In this document: positions 25,197 through 37,831 of the stretch, piece by piece
How positions within the stretch are numbered: the stretch's first letter is position 1
Layout of the letters: each line of letters opens with the position of its first letter
NCBI GenBank assembly: GCA_009103225.1
Contig: RHPI01002402.1
Span: 653,412 to 717,411, forward strand
DNA: 64,000 nt
Direction: 5' to 3'
Source of the DNA: Chlorokybus atmophyticus
Taxonomy: Eukaryota; Plantae; Mesostigma and Chlorokybus algae
Program-made: the position numbers and the translations under genes
The notes under the pieces: generated by a model
The model's database searches: none
What the model saw: only the letters and a program-made list of their open reading frames with translations
Told to the model about the DNA's origin: nothing

Positions 25197-27021
25197 CTAT
25201 AGCAATGCATCAATGATGTCTTCATCCTCCAGGCCCAACTCCTCAGCAGTCTGACTCGGTTTCAACAGAGCTCCGTCAAAACTAAACCTTGAAGCTTGCA
25301 TGGCTGCACTGCTGTTGTACGCAGCAAATAGCTTGGAAAGCGGATCCGTCTGCGACATGCCACGCAGTTGTCACCCAGCGAGCTGGCTGGTCTTGCTAAA
25401 CGCACACTGTGTGCGCAATCTTCATCATAAAACAACATGCCCACCAGTCTGCTGTCAAGCTTACCGTTCGTATAGAAAACTGCCTGCTGGTCTGGTTGTC
25501 CGCGCAAACTTTGATAATGACCTTCTTGCCACTGTCCACCACAGCATGGACCACATCCTGCGAAGTGAACCCCACCTGCAAGGGCGTCTGGCCAGCTGAA
25601 AGAGGCTGGTCCCTAAATGTGTAAGCAGCCTTCCCGCCGGACCCAAACATCTTCTCGTAGGCCTCCGTGGCTTTTGCAAAATGGTCGCCCTGCACACAAG
25701 CAGACAAGGCCACAGTTGCACACAACAGATCGTACACAACATGCACTGACAAACATGGACACAACACGAGACAAACGCGAACACAATACAGGCACGTCCA
25801 TGTGTTGCTAATGAGCGTTGGTACCATTCTGATCTTGAACTTCTTGCGTCCATGGACACCATCAATTGTCATGATGACTGGTGTGGTGTCCATTGCAGAT
25901 GGCTGCAGGTCTGCTGCAGGGGCAACGCCCGCTCCGCCGCCAGACCGGGCAGGTGCGTCGCAAACCGGAACCTCTGCCAGGGTTGCTCTAAGCAACTCCG
26001 CCGCCTGCTGGTTTCGCCTTCACCCAAAAAAAACGGCAAAACATTTGCACGCAGTTGACATTACAGACACGCTGCGCACAAGGAGCACGCATGCTTAGAT
26101 CCTGACCCACGCACATGCGCACGCACGCACACAGGTAACCTGCACCAGACCTTAGCAGTTCAGCGGCTTCTGGATCCATGTAGGCAGCTGGAGCAGCTAC
26201 AGCGCCTGGGCTCGAGGAGGAGAGGCGCCGTGTTGTTGGTCGCATCCCAACAGGCCCATTCGACTCACCATTGGACACCGGATTCCTATCACTGTCGTAA
26301 GGGGTGTCATCATCATCACCCTTATTGTCATCGTCGTCTCCTCTGCGTCTTGCCTTGGAGGATACGGGAGACCTCTCGGCCTTTGGCGGCCTGCCGCGCT
26401 TCCTCTTCGCTTGCTGAACCTCCAGGGGCGGCGTCAAGCGCAGCTCTTCCGGAATAGGAGGGTCGTCGTCATCTACCAATTGCAACAAACAACACAACAC
26501 AACAGTAAACAAGTAAATTAATGAAAGAGTTGTACATGTGCTTACTCCAGTAACTTCAAGAAACTCCTTGCTGGCAGTGACGAATGGCATAGACTGTACT
26601 ACACGCAAGCAGTAAATTCTCGCACTGAAACTATACCAAGACAACACAGCAACTATACTCACACCAACTAATACTACACAACATCGTCCTGGGTCAAAGC
26701 AGCAACATCTGCTAAAGCTGTCGCGAGAGGCGTCAGGACAAATAGCCACGGAAAGTCAGCTGGCTAGCAGGAAGCTCTCTGCCGACTGTGCTCATCTGTA
26801 AGGACATGCAAGCGCTGGACGCAACTGCTCTTGTGTATACGCCATGCAATCAAGCAACAGGTTGCAGGCATGTTAAAGTGTAAGAGCTTGGCTATGTGCA
26901 TGCAGTGGCAATGAAGACGTGCTGAAACTGTAGCAAGCAGCCGCACCTCACCTTCAAACAGCTCGTTGTTGACCTCGTACTTGAAGAGGCCGAGGTCATC
27001 GTCGTCGTCATCGTCTGCCAT
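25197..27021 (-). CDS. Rad60/Esc2/NFATC2IP-like protein with acidic N-terminus and two C-terminal SUMO-like domains
   Basis: MADDDDDDDLGLF...; SLD1 KKFKIRM|GDHFAKATEAY...FRDQPLSAGQTPLQVG; SLD2 TDPLSKLFAAY...FSFDGALLKPSQTAEELGLEDEDIIDALL*, with no terminal di-Gly. Confidence 0.75.
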
Positions 27022-27506
27022 GCCTCTTAAACACAGTGCCGCTACCACAGCGCTTGCGGCAAGAGTCTTGCCGCAAGACAGCACAAAGCTGCTGCTATAG
27101 ACCAGAGCACAGCACACGAGGCAGCTGCTGGCTTGCACGCAGCAGTATGCTCGGTCACAGCATGCCCGCAAGCAATGCAGGTCTTGTTGAAACTGTCAGG
27201 GTGTGGACGAGCAAACAGGCGTTCTAACACGAGTGTTTTCACAACAGCACAACCGCCTCCAAGCACAACGCCGCCGCCATGCACAACCCCGCCAGCAACA
27301 TGGCCACTCCAGCAGCGAGTGCCTTTTCTCCCGCCATTATTAGGTTTCAGCGCTGCGCCGACATTTACTCTGCCCTCGTATGCAGAAACTGTCGGCCCTA
27401 CAAGACGTTGCTGTCGGCGACCAGCAGGCGATTGACACGCACTGCGGCGGCGGCGGCGACGGTGGCGGTGGTGTAGTGGCTGGCATTGGCGGAGGTGAGG
27501 GCAGCA

Positions 27507-29089
27507 ATGGCGGCGATGGGGATGGTTGCGGGAGCGGGTGTCGTGGAGGTGTCGGCTGGCGCCACAGTTGCGTCTCGTCAGCCGAGCAAGACTGCTGTGC
27601 GGGCTGGCTTGAGGCCGGCGGCGACAGCTGTGCCGTCGTCTTCCGCGTCGCCGTCGTCGTCGTTTTCCGGCACGCAGCTGCGCATACGCACCTCTTCAGC
27701 TGATCGAGAGTGCCAAAGGCATAAGGCCGGAGCCCTCACAGTTCGCGCCGCTGCCAGGGGAACCGATGGAGAGCGCACTGTTCGAGGGCCTTGCTTTGTG
27801 GTTGACGACGTAAGCCACCAGCAATATGACATGCACTCCTGTGTGTGCATGCATGTGTGTGTGTATGTGTCGAACATGCAAAAACTTTACAACTCGTTGG
27901 CATGTCCTCAAGGTCTCAGAGCATCAGCGTCGTTCGTTGTGCCCAAACTGTTCACGCAATGTTAACGTGTAGAGCTTTGAGTTTGTGAGTAGGTTGCCTA
28001 TTTCGTGCACACGCTCGGTAAGAAGCGTATTCCCAATAAGACTTCATGTCAGCATTTGCTGTTAGGCACAAGTGCTTTGCACCACGACAGCAAGCTGGTA
28101 TGTGCATTGCGTTGGTGACCAAATGCTGCAGCTGAAGAGGAAGCTGTTCTCTTGTTTTAGAAGCTGTCCAGGGTGGCAATTCAAACTATTGCAATAGTTC
28201 TGTCTTGCAATGCATATTTAGGGCTGGCCACTGACAGCATCCTTGCCATGCAGAACATTGACACAGACCAGATCATCCCTGCAGAGTACCTGACACTGGT
28301 TCCTTCAAAGGTACACAACACACTCTTGTTAGAAGCCAGCTTACTACAGCCAAACAATGTTGCTGATGGTTGGTCGATGGCGCGCAGCCCGACGAGTACG
28401 AGAAGTTGGGTAGCTATGCCATGGCTGGCCTGCCCAAGAAGTTTGGCAGATACGTGGAGGAGGGGGAGAACAAGACCAAGTACCCCGTGATGATCGGTGG
28501 CCAGAACTTTGGGTGCGGGTCTTCACGCGAGCATGCACCCGTTGCCATGGGTGCCTCAGGTACACCTCTTGTTACTGCTCATTTTCATCATGAGCCTTGA
28601 CAAGTATCTGCATGCAGTGGCTAAGAAACTTGGTGTTTGCAGGTTGCCGGGTGGTGGTTGCAGAGTCATATGCCCGCATCTTTTTTCGAAACTGCGTGGC
28701 AACGTAAGCCTTGTGTGCGTTGCTATTCGATGCGCAGATGAACCATATCAATCCGCAAGGATGCTCTGATGTATGACGCTGACATCGCGTGCAATGCAAA
28801 CGCAGTGGCGAGCTCTATCCATACGAGACACCGATCCGTCTGTGCGATGAGATTGGGACAGGACATGAGGTTGAGGTGGACCTGAGCAGGGATGTGATGA
28901 TTAACAAGACCACTGGCAAGGAGTACCAGCTGTCACCATTGGGCGAGGTACAATCCCAAAGTGCACATTCAGGGGACTTGTCAGGAGCTGTGCGTCAACA
29001 ACATTCTCAACAACTCTCATGCGCAGGCCAAGCCGGTCATTGATGCTGGTGGCATTTTCAACTATGCGCGAGAAACAGGGATGATTTAG
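27507..29089 (+). CDS. leuD: 3-isopropylmalate dehydratase small subunit, plastid-targeted
   Basis: Ala/Ser-rich transit peptide; NIDTDQIIPAEYL; GGQNFGCGSSREHAP; VVAESYARIFFRN; IDAGGIFNYAR. Confidence 0.96.
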
Positions 29090-29196
29090 GGGTGGCAAGC
29101 GTGCTTTTCAGCCAGTGACGTTGCACATCACACGGGAGTGGACTGGCTCAGGTCATAGACCAAACACTGTGTGCGCGCTAGAGTATCTGCTGTATG

Positions 29197-30817
29197 TTAC
29201 ATAGTCATACTAGAAGGACCAGCGGAATCTGACTCTCTACCAGACTCGAGCGACTGCAATGCGGATTGCACAATGTCCATAGCCTCTTGTGTTTGCCTGC
29301 GAATGATGAAATGCCATGCTTAGGACGCTGGCACATCATTGCTGACATGGCATGAATGAATGATGCAGCTACACACCTTCGCACATCCTGCACAGCCACT
29401 CTTCTTTGTTGTATTTGCGTCTGCAGCATGTGTACCAAAGTGGCTCGTGCCTGCAACCCCAGCCAACATGTTTGCAGCATAGTTGACACACCTTAACATA
29501 GTTGTAGTAAGTGGTGTTTGACAAGCAAAAGCTGTGCGACAGATTTCACACGGCTCTCACCTGATGCGGGCGAAGGGCGTTGAGCAAGTGGTGCATGTTT
29601 CTCAAAATGAGTCCCATGTCTTCTATCCTGCGTGCGTATTGGGATGGGTGCTCCGCCAGCACCTTGATCAGGTCTATGAAGCTGAACAGAAGGCTCCTGT
29701 TCAAGCGATGAAGCTCGCCACGAAAATCTGTCCATAAATACACATACTTCAAGCAGATGCTTTGATTGATTGCAGTCTTGCCTGCATATCTGTCACCCCT
29801 ACAATATATGCATTCAACCAAAGAGTAGTAATGAACAGCCCACACCTACAGGCTTGTCTTTGGGATACAACTGCCTCACTCCTTGCTCTTCCAAATCAGG
29901 CAGCAAGTCGCCCGTCTGAAGGGGACAAGCGTAGAGCTGAGGTCAGCAATTATGCAAGCAGTCGCATGCGTAAGCTTAAATGATGAATGAATGCATGTCC
30001 ACGGCATTGCAGGTGTTGAGGTGCCATGCCATGCTATTGGCAGAAATGCTATTCAGCATTGCTGCCAACAACCTGCACCCCGCACATGCTTGCAGTGGTT
30101 TGTTCGTTGTTGGCGAAAATGAGCGCTACACGCGCACAAAAAGCTCACGCGCAGCCTGTGTTTCGCCAATGTGTGTGTGTGCGCGCGCGCGCGCACACGC
30201 GCACGCACATGGATGTGTGACCTCATGCACTGAGGCTATGATAGCAGCGAGTAGTGTGGTAGTAATTCTATTATCTGAACTCGGCAGCCCTGATCAACCT
30301 GAATGCTGATGACTGATAGATAATGTGCAAATCCTAAGTTCAACTTGTGCATGCTGCAACTCACGCACAAGCCATGACTCGACAGACATGCTCCACAAAC
30401 TACTTATGCGACGCATTGGCATCCGAGTTGTGTCCGTACAACGAGAACAAAGCAATTTTGCAGCCACGTCTTCCTGACGCCCTGACATGCTTATAACGTA
30501 TGCTGGGCTGTGCTGGACTGTGCAGCTATGCAATAGGTCGCTACAAGCAAGCTGTGCCCCACCGTGTAGATCTGCCCGAACATCTCGTACTCGCCCTCAA
30601 TGGGCGGCGGCGGTGGGAGGGCCTCCTCGTCCTCATCCTCGTCCTCCTCCTTCCCGTCATCCCCCTCCCCCGACTCCTTGCCCTGCTCCTCAGCCGCCTT
30701 CGCCTCCTCCTCCACCTCCTCCCCCTCCTCGTGCTCGTCCTCCTCTCTGTACCCGCTGTACAGCTTGTAGTAGGGCGGCGGCGGCGGGAACGCCGCCGCC
30801 GCCTGCGCCGCTGCCAT
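29197..30817 (-). CDS. MED7: Mediator subunit 7
   Basis: FPPPPPYYKLY; LPPPPPIEGEYEMFG; ELHRLNRSLLFSFIDLIKVL; RNMHHLLNALRPHQ|ARATL. Confidence 0.92.
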
Positions 30818-30938
30818 CAGCAGCCACCTCTCTAAAGCCGACTAAGCCCGACCACCACACCGACCACAACCCCAACGACGACAACCAGAGCAACAACACC
30901 CCCAACAACAGCAACAATCACTCGCTTTCAATTCCAGC

Positions 30939-33124
30939 ATGGCGCCCGCCGCCGCCGCCGCCGCGTCCTCCGCCGGCGTGACGGAGCAGCTGGTAGCTTA
31001 CTGTGTCTGCCTGGGGGCGGCCACAGCGGCGGCGGCGCTGCTGTTGCCGGGAGCTTCCCCGCTGAGACAGCCTCTGGCCACTGTCAAAGCAACGCTGGTA
31101 TGGCCAGTATGCTGTGCACTACACACTGTACGCAGATGGTAAAGGTCAGATTAGACAGTACAGCGCACGTAGTATGTTGGTTGTGTTAATTGTGCCAAGT
31201 TGCATACTTCTGCTTGGCACATCTCACACACGGCAACAACCGAGTGCATTTTGGTGCGTCTTGATGCACTTGGCTGGTGCATGCAAGCACGCGCACACAA
31301 TGCACGACGAACACCACTGTCTGGCATTGGGTGTTTGCCTGCCTTTCAAGCGTGTCAGCCTTATATAACACACATTACCTGCCGGGTTTGATTGTCAAGC
31401 ACGAAGCATGAAAAGTTTAAGTTTTGCGCGCTGTACATGTTGAGTGGCCACATCACGAATCATACGCACACGCGCTTGCTGATGACATCATGTACGCATG
31501 AAACTGGTACACAAGTTGTTACTGTCGCAATCAACACTATTCTCATTTGTGTTGTGTGCGTGTGCGTGCGTGGAGGCTACGTTGCTTCCTCTCCAGCTGC
31601 TGCTCCACTCCCTTCTGCCCGCCATGCGCCCTGCCAAAGGAACACCTGTAAGTGTGAGCTGTTGTCTTTGCAGGTTCACCTTACTGGTTGCTCTGGCCCT
31701 GGCTCAACTGATTGCTTACCACTCGTATTATCAGGGTGCCTCGTCTGTTTTGCACACATCTTCACACACCTCAACAACATGTTATCACTGGGTTGGTGTG
31801 CAGGTCTGGCAAGTTCCTGCCCGAGCAGCTGTTGGGTTTCCAGCAGGTGACTTGCTGTTGCTGTTGGTTGTTCATGCACGAGCAGAATAGTTGTATTGCC
31901 TCAACGATATGCTACTTACGGAGGCGTCACCTTACACATGCACGCGTGTGCACACACGCACAATGCGCACGCCTGCATGTACGCACGCACAGACACAAAG
32001 CTGTCCGCACTCACACGCACGCGCATGGGCACACACACAAAGCCACGTGCAATTCCTCCACAACATGTGACACGTGCACGGGCATGCACGCACGCAAACC
32101 GTCACTCTCTTACGCTTACATAGGCGCAGTTACACGCAAATCCTCACACTCTTACACAGGTGCAATCATGTGGCATCTTGTGGCTATGGCGTTTGGAGCG
32201 CCCATGACCAGGTGTGCAAGTGATTTCAATACTCCTCGTACCCACCACTGCAGCGCCTGCAACGCATAAGGCAACGAACAACTCACATGTGACCAATTTT
32301 GCAGTTCTGTAACGCAAACCTTCTACTTTGCGCTGTTGATGTCCGCGCTCACGGTAAGCACTGTTGGGTTTGGTCCACATGCAACCTCACATATGTACTT
32401 CCTATAAAGCGCGTGCTTCTACACACAAGTCCTGCTTGTGTAGGTGGCGCCTGCGGCCTGCGTGTTGGGACACGACGGTGATGCTTGGCAGCGCGTGTTT
32501 GCCCAGACGAGGTTTGTCGTTGGGGCCCAGCACTACTACTATATACTCACATAGACAAACATAATTCGTTACAAACTCCATGTTTGTACTGTATTGTATT
32601 GCAGGCCATATACTACAGCAGAGTTTGCGTGCTGCGTGCCCGCGCACGGCGCTATTGTTGGTGCATGGATCGGCGCCGTTCCCATCCCTCTCGACTGGGG
32701 CCGCTACTGGCAGGTGTGTATGTGCAACTGTGTGAGTGTACGTATGTGGTGTGCGGGGAACTCACGTCTTGGCTGAAAAACGGTTGGCTGCTGAGATGAA
32801 GAGAAGGTAGCAGGTTCACGTGTGGTACTCAGTTGTCTTGATGGGTATGCGGGTCAACTCAGCTTGACAGAAGCCTTTCAATGGTTGTACCAATTAGGGG
32901 TTACTTGTACTGGGTGCAAGCAGCTAATGTGTTATGTACTTCACAACGTGCGTGCACGTCGTCACAAGACACTATGTTGAGACACAGATAGCTTATCAAC
33001 ACTCTTCATGCAGGAGTGGCCGACCACGTGCGTTGTGGGAGCGCTCATTGGCTATGTGTTTGGGTTGTGCATAACACCGTTACTGTACTTGCTACCTACT
33101 ACGTTGAAGTTGAAACATGCATAA
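30939..33124 (+). CDS. PIGF: GPI biosynthesis protein PIG-F/Gpi11
   Basis: GAIVGAWIGAVPIPLDWGRYWQ|EWPTTC signature; hydrophobic exons. Confidence 0.88.
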
Positions 33125-33720
33125 TCAGGTCAACAATTGTTGTACACATTGTGCTTAACGCATTCCCTACTATGGTGTGCGTATGTTGGTGCATTCGAGG
33201 GGGGGGGGGGGGGGCTCTGCTCATTGTTGCACAAACTCGTGAACGATGTGTATGTTCTAGGAAGTTACACACATCACCACCCATATTCGTGTAAATAGTG
33301 AGACATGAGTTTTAAAAACCTAGATCAGGAAAGTGCATGCCAATGTTAATCGTGTATGAGATAAAACAATATTAAGCAATTCTCGCGAGAATGTTCGTGC
33401 AATGAGTAACGAGACCATATATCTGTGAAACTTTTTAACACAACTTACGTACAATGTTTGCGAATTTCAATCGTTATCGTTGGCACCGTGCAATTCCACA
33501 TAACACGCCATCCCCCCATTTGACGTTATGACAGACGATGAAAAGGCTTTATGTATATTGCAATTCACTTGAGTGCTTTGTGCACATAAAAAGCCAAAAT
33601 TAACAATATATACTACAATAGTACTGCAACCCGCTCATTATGTGGTTTTTGATAGTTTTCCTAAAATATGTGGTTTTGCGCGCACGCGTTTCACTACACA
33701 GAAGTGAACTTGTCGCCGTA

Positions 33721-33982
33721 GGATTTATACGCCGGTGAGGGTTTATACTCTATGTCCAATGTTTGACGGTTGCTGAAGCAAGCTTGTCCAAAAAGCGAGC
33801 AACGGCGCTGCTGTTACTGTGCTGATGTAACATCCTCTCACTACACAAAAGCCAACGTGTCTCGCTAGGATTAATGCGCCGGTGAGGGTTTATACTATAT
33901 GCCATGCGTTTGACGGTTGTTGAAGCAAGCTTGCTTTTAAGAAACGAGCAATGGCGCTGTTATTGTTGTGTTAATGTAACAT
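33721..33982. repeat. Imperfect tandem duplication, period about 147 bp
   Basis: GCCGGTGAGGGTTTATACT...TTTGACGGTTG.TGAAGCAAGCTTG...ATGTAACAT occurs at 33721 and 33868. Confidence 0.9.
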
Positions 33983-34959
33983 GTATGTCTCATTAACATG
34001 CTACATAAACGCTACGTTTTCATACCGCATACTACTACCATGGCCTTGCGGCTCAGCACAGCCGAACACCTTCAGCCTTCAGATTGCAGTGACTTTGACT
34101 ACATTTTGCGTAAGGCCTATGGTTGTCGCCCTTGCAACAACGCAATTTTAGTAACGCACATAAAGGGTTTTCTCGCCTGTAATAAAAGTCGTGTTTTGTT
34201 GCACTCACTAGTTTACTTACAGCTGTACGCATGACTGTATAACTAGCCTTCTCCTCTTGCCCTCCTCCGCCTTCAGCCTCACTACTTTTGCCGCTTGGCA
34301 TGCTGCTGCTGCATGCACTATGTGCAGCACATGTTGTACAATGCAGACGCACAATGCACTGTGACGCATTGTGCATTCTGTGCCGCAAATGAACGCATGC
34401 GTGCTGCGCGTGCGTGCTGATTGTGCAAATGTGCATCGAACAGACATGCGAGTGGGACAACTGCCGAAGTCAGGTGTGTAAGGGAGAGACTTGTACAAGC
34501 ACTTGTCGGCGTGAAAGCGCACATAAAACAGTCGTGCGCGTTCTCAATGACACGTGTTAAGTTAATAATGTTTAAATGTTTAAATGTTTAAATAGATATT
34601 GTTAATATCATATTTACTTATGCGTGCATAAACAAGAGCGGTTGATGTTACTGTCTTTGAAATAACGCTTGTGCATTCTCGTTGACGCATAGTTGTATAA
34701 GTCAACAATAAAGTCGCATGAACAAAGACTTGTTCTAAAAAGCCCTATACAGAACTTTGTAACAATAGAGACTCAAAGTGTGCAAAGTGTGCAAAGTTTA
34801 TATGTTGATGGTATAATAATGTTTCCGTAAAGGCGACCTTGTTTTACATGTTGCAACATGGGTTGACGAGGTTAAATGTTATTGAAATATTATCATACTG
34901 TTGTTCCTCCTCTTGTTTACATCATCATCAAGATTGAAAAAAGGAACTTCGTTGCAAAT

Positions 34960-35621
34960 TTTACACGGTGACTAAACAGGGACTAAGGGACAGACGAGTG
35001 CCTGACCCTATCTGACCGTACCTAACCCTGACGATTTGGGCTATAAAGGGACTGACTGGGTTGCCGGTGTATATTGTGGATAACAATCAACGGCCGATGG
35101 CCTATCATACAGTATAGTGGACTGCTGCCTGCCTGTCATGACCTGCTTGTAATATATGTCGACGGCCGACCGCCGGTCGTACATCACCCGCGGCGGCGAC
35201 CGACTTGTTATGGCAATAAAGTCACCTCTCAGTCCCCTAATTTTAATAAATGATACGGAATATTTACGTAATAAATACGACCGACCGCCAGTCGTATAGC
35301 ATTTTGCGACGGCGATGTATCACAAATGGCAAGCAAGTGACTTACCACTAAATGGCAAGCAAGTAACTTACCGGTACCTACTCATCACTAACGGTACTCT
35401 AAGGTACCGTTAGTCATAACCAAGTACCTGGCAGTTAAGGACAGTTACCACAAGATTGCCGATACTCAACTGATAAGTACCGGTTAGATACCTGTTTGTT
35501 AGGCTAAGTCACCTTTGCTTCACTGATAGGTACCGGTTAGTTAGATTTATTAAGCCCCTTTTGCTTAACTGATAAATACCTGACAGGTACCTGTCCGTCT
35601 AGGTCAGTCCCTTTGTGTAAA
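34960..35621. mobile_element. Palindrome-rich putative non-autonomous element
   Basis: TTTACAC...GTGTAAA ends; 12-bp IR AAAGGGACTGAC (35045) / GTCAGTCCCTTT (35603); 10-bp hairpin CTAACGGTAC/GTACCGTTAG; 23-bp direct repeat AAATGGCAAGCAAGT.ACTTACC. Confidence 0.35.
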
Positions 35622-37831
35622 CGGCCGGGGACGGCCGTTATTCTCAGGTCTCTGTATCAAGATTACAGGTGGACTGAGCCACGACAGTCCAAATGAGTAT
35701 CCTCAGGTGCACGGCCGTTACCAGTATCTAATCGGCCGGCAGGGGAAACATTTTGCGACGTTAAAAGCTCACAAACGTAAAAAGTTACATTAAATAAGAA
35801 CGCCTTGATGCAAGTAGCCAAAACCCTTAACATGGATACTTTGCCGTAATGGCATGCATTGGTAGAATATCGGCAAGTGTTGCTACGGTTCGCAACGCAC
35901 TTAGCATGTTGGCAGGTCATAAGAGGTGTAAAATTGCGGTGATGGGGTGGCGGCAACAGGAGCAGCATTATATAGCGCCGAGAGGCCGAATGCAACCGAC
36001 GTGTGTGTGCATGCACGTCTGGAGGTCCCTCTATGCACAACAACGCTGCTCATCAAATGTTACAATCCGGGGTTAAGCTGTCAAAGCTAAGCGCCTGATA
36101 ATTCCAAAGTTAATCTAGACCCCATCCAATAATATGCTTTACTATTGTATGCCACATTGCACATTGCCCGTTCAATGGATGGCTCTCAAGAGATACGCAT
36201 GTGGCTGTTTTGCTCATATGCTAAACAGTTAACTAATAATCACGAAAATTGCTCTTTTATTTTTTTATAAATTACAGTACAAACCCTTAAGTTGTAAGTA
36301 CGCAACTTGACACTATGTTACACACCATGTTACGGCACAAAGTGTTGATAGTTGTGACTTTCATGTGACTATGGATATTGTTTCAAAGCCACCGTTGAGT
36401 CAGTGCAATTTGCTTAACAGAAACACTCCTTGCCACATTGCATGTCTCATTGTCCACCTTTAAACATGCAGCCGCTCGATTAAGATTCGTGCGTGCCAGC
36501 TTAGCTTTATGTACGCTGCTGCGCATCAGCCGCCGCGGCATACTGGGGATCGCATCCCACGTGCCGCGGCCGTTGGCAAATGTGCATTTGAAACAAAACC
36601 TTAAAATCAAAACGCACCACATCGCATGCAGCAGTGGCCAGCACCGTGCGCTTGCGCCGCCGCCGCCGCCGCCGTAGCAGCAGCAGGAGAACTGCCATAG
36701 CTACTGTCTAGAGTCCTCTTCTGACTCTACCCTTTCTAGAGGCATCTGTCATTGGCAGGGGTGGTGTGGGGTTTGTAGGAGCGGACTGGACCAAGGCAAG
36801 GAGGAGACACAGGGACGGGAGGCGGCAATGCGGCTGTGCAGCGGCCTCCGCTTGCTGCTGCTGCTGGCCTGATGTCAGAGCATAGCTGTGGTGGCTCTAG
36901 GTGCGGCTGGTGATAACGTCACGAGACTTCAGAAGGGGTCCCGCAACAGCAACTTTTCTTGTCGTCAGCGATGGTGGCGTCGGTGTACACGCCCGCCTCA
37001 AAGGGCACGCCGCCGGCGCAGGTACAACACTGACATTGCTGACATCTTCTTTGATTAAAAGAACCGAAAAGACAAAACACCAAATTGTTTCCGTATTTTA
37101 TGAATGTACGTAGGAGGTCGACGGGATGCCAAACAGGCATCAAGGTTTCAACTCATCCACTGAATACGACCGATCTACACTATATCATCGTGCACCGGCC
37201 TAGCAGTGTCTGCAAGCGTAATAATGTTTAGTTCGTTTCATCGATTCATTGTTCATCAGCTCGTAGTCTGACTGCGACCTTAGTCCTCAACTTGTACGCC
37301 GGTTCATGCTTTGGAGGCTAGAGTTTTCTGTTCGTTGGTGACACTCCAGCAGTGTGGCGACTTGAGTTTGCAATTGTGATCAGCCTGTCGAGCCATGCCG
37401 GCTTGCATGCTGACTAGTGTTTCACGCATTTTTCCAGCAATGTGGCGACAGCCATTCAAGAAACACGATCAGTTGCTTTTGCGACCATGATGGTATTTGT
37501 ACTCATCATAACTGAGCGCATGCTTTCTTTCTTTTGCACTCTTCAATGCACACTCCTGCGCTGAAATATGGCCAGCATAGTCCAATTCGTAAGGGCATGC
37601 AGGCTGAAGTTTTGCAAAAACAGGTGACCAAGTGAAAAAACCATTGGTTATTCGTGGCACATCTGCAAGGCAGTTATCACCGTGTGCGATATGCAGTGTC
37701 AGATTGCGTCGTAAGCAGCATGTGTAAATATAATGCATAGACTACGGGTGATTGAGGTGAACAAGTTACACATGATGTTGCAAGTACAGCTGTGTATATA
37801 TGTGTAAACACCAACACTTGCTCGAGTCAGC

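Noticed and set aside
36380-37740. Coding-looking fragments on the - strand
   Set aside because: All frames are interrupted and no family was recognised; may be a decayed gene or TE but unsupported.
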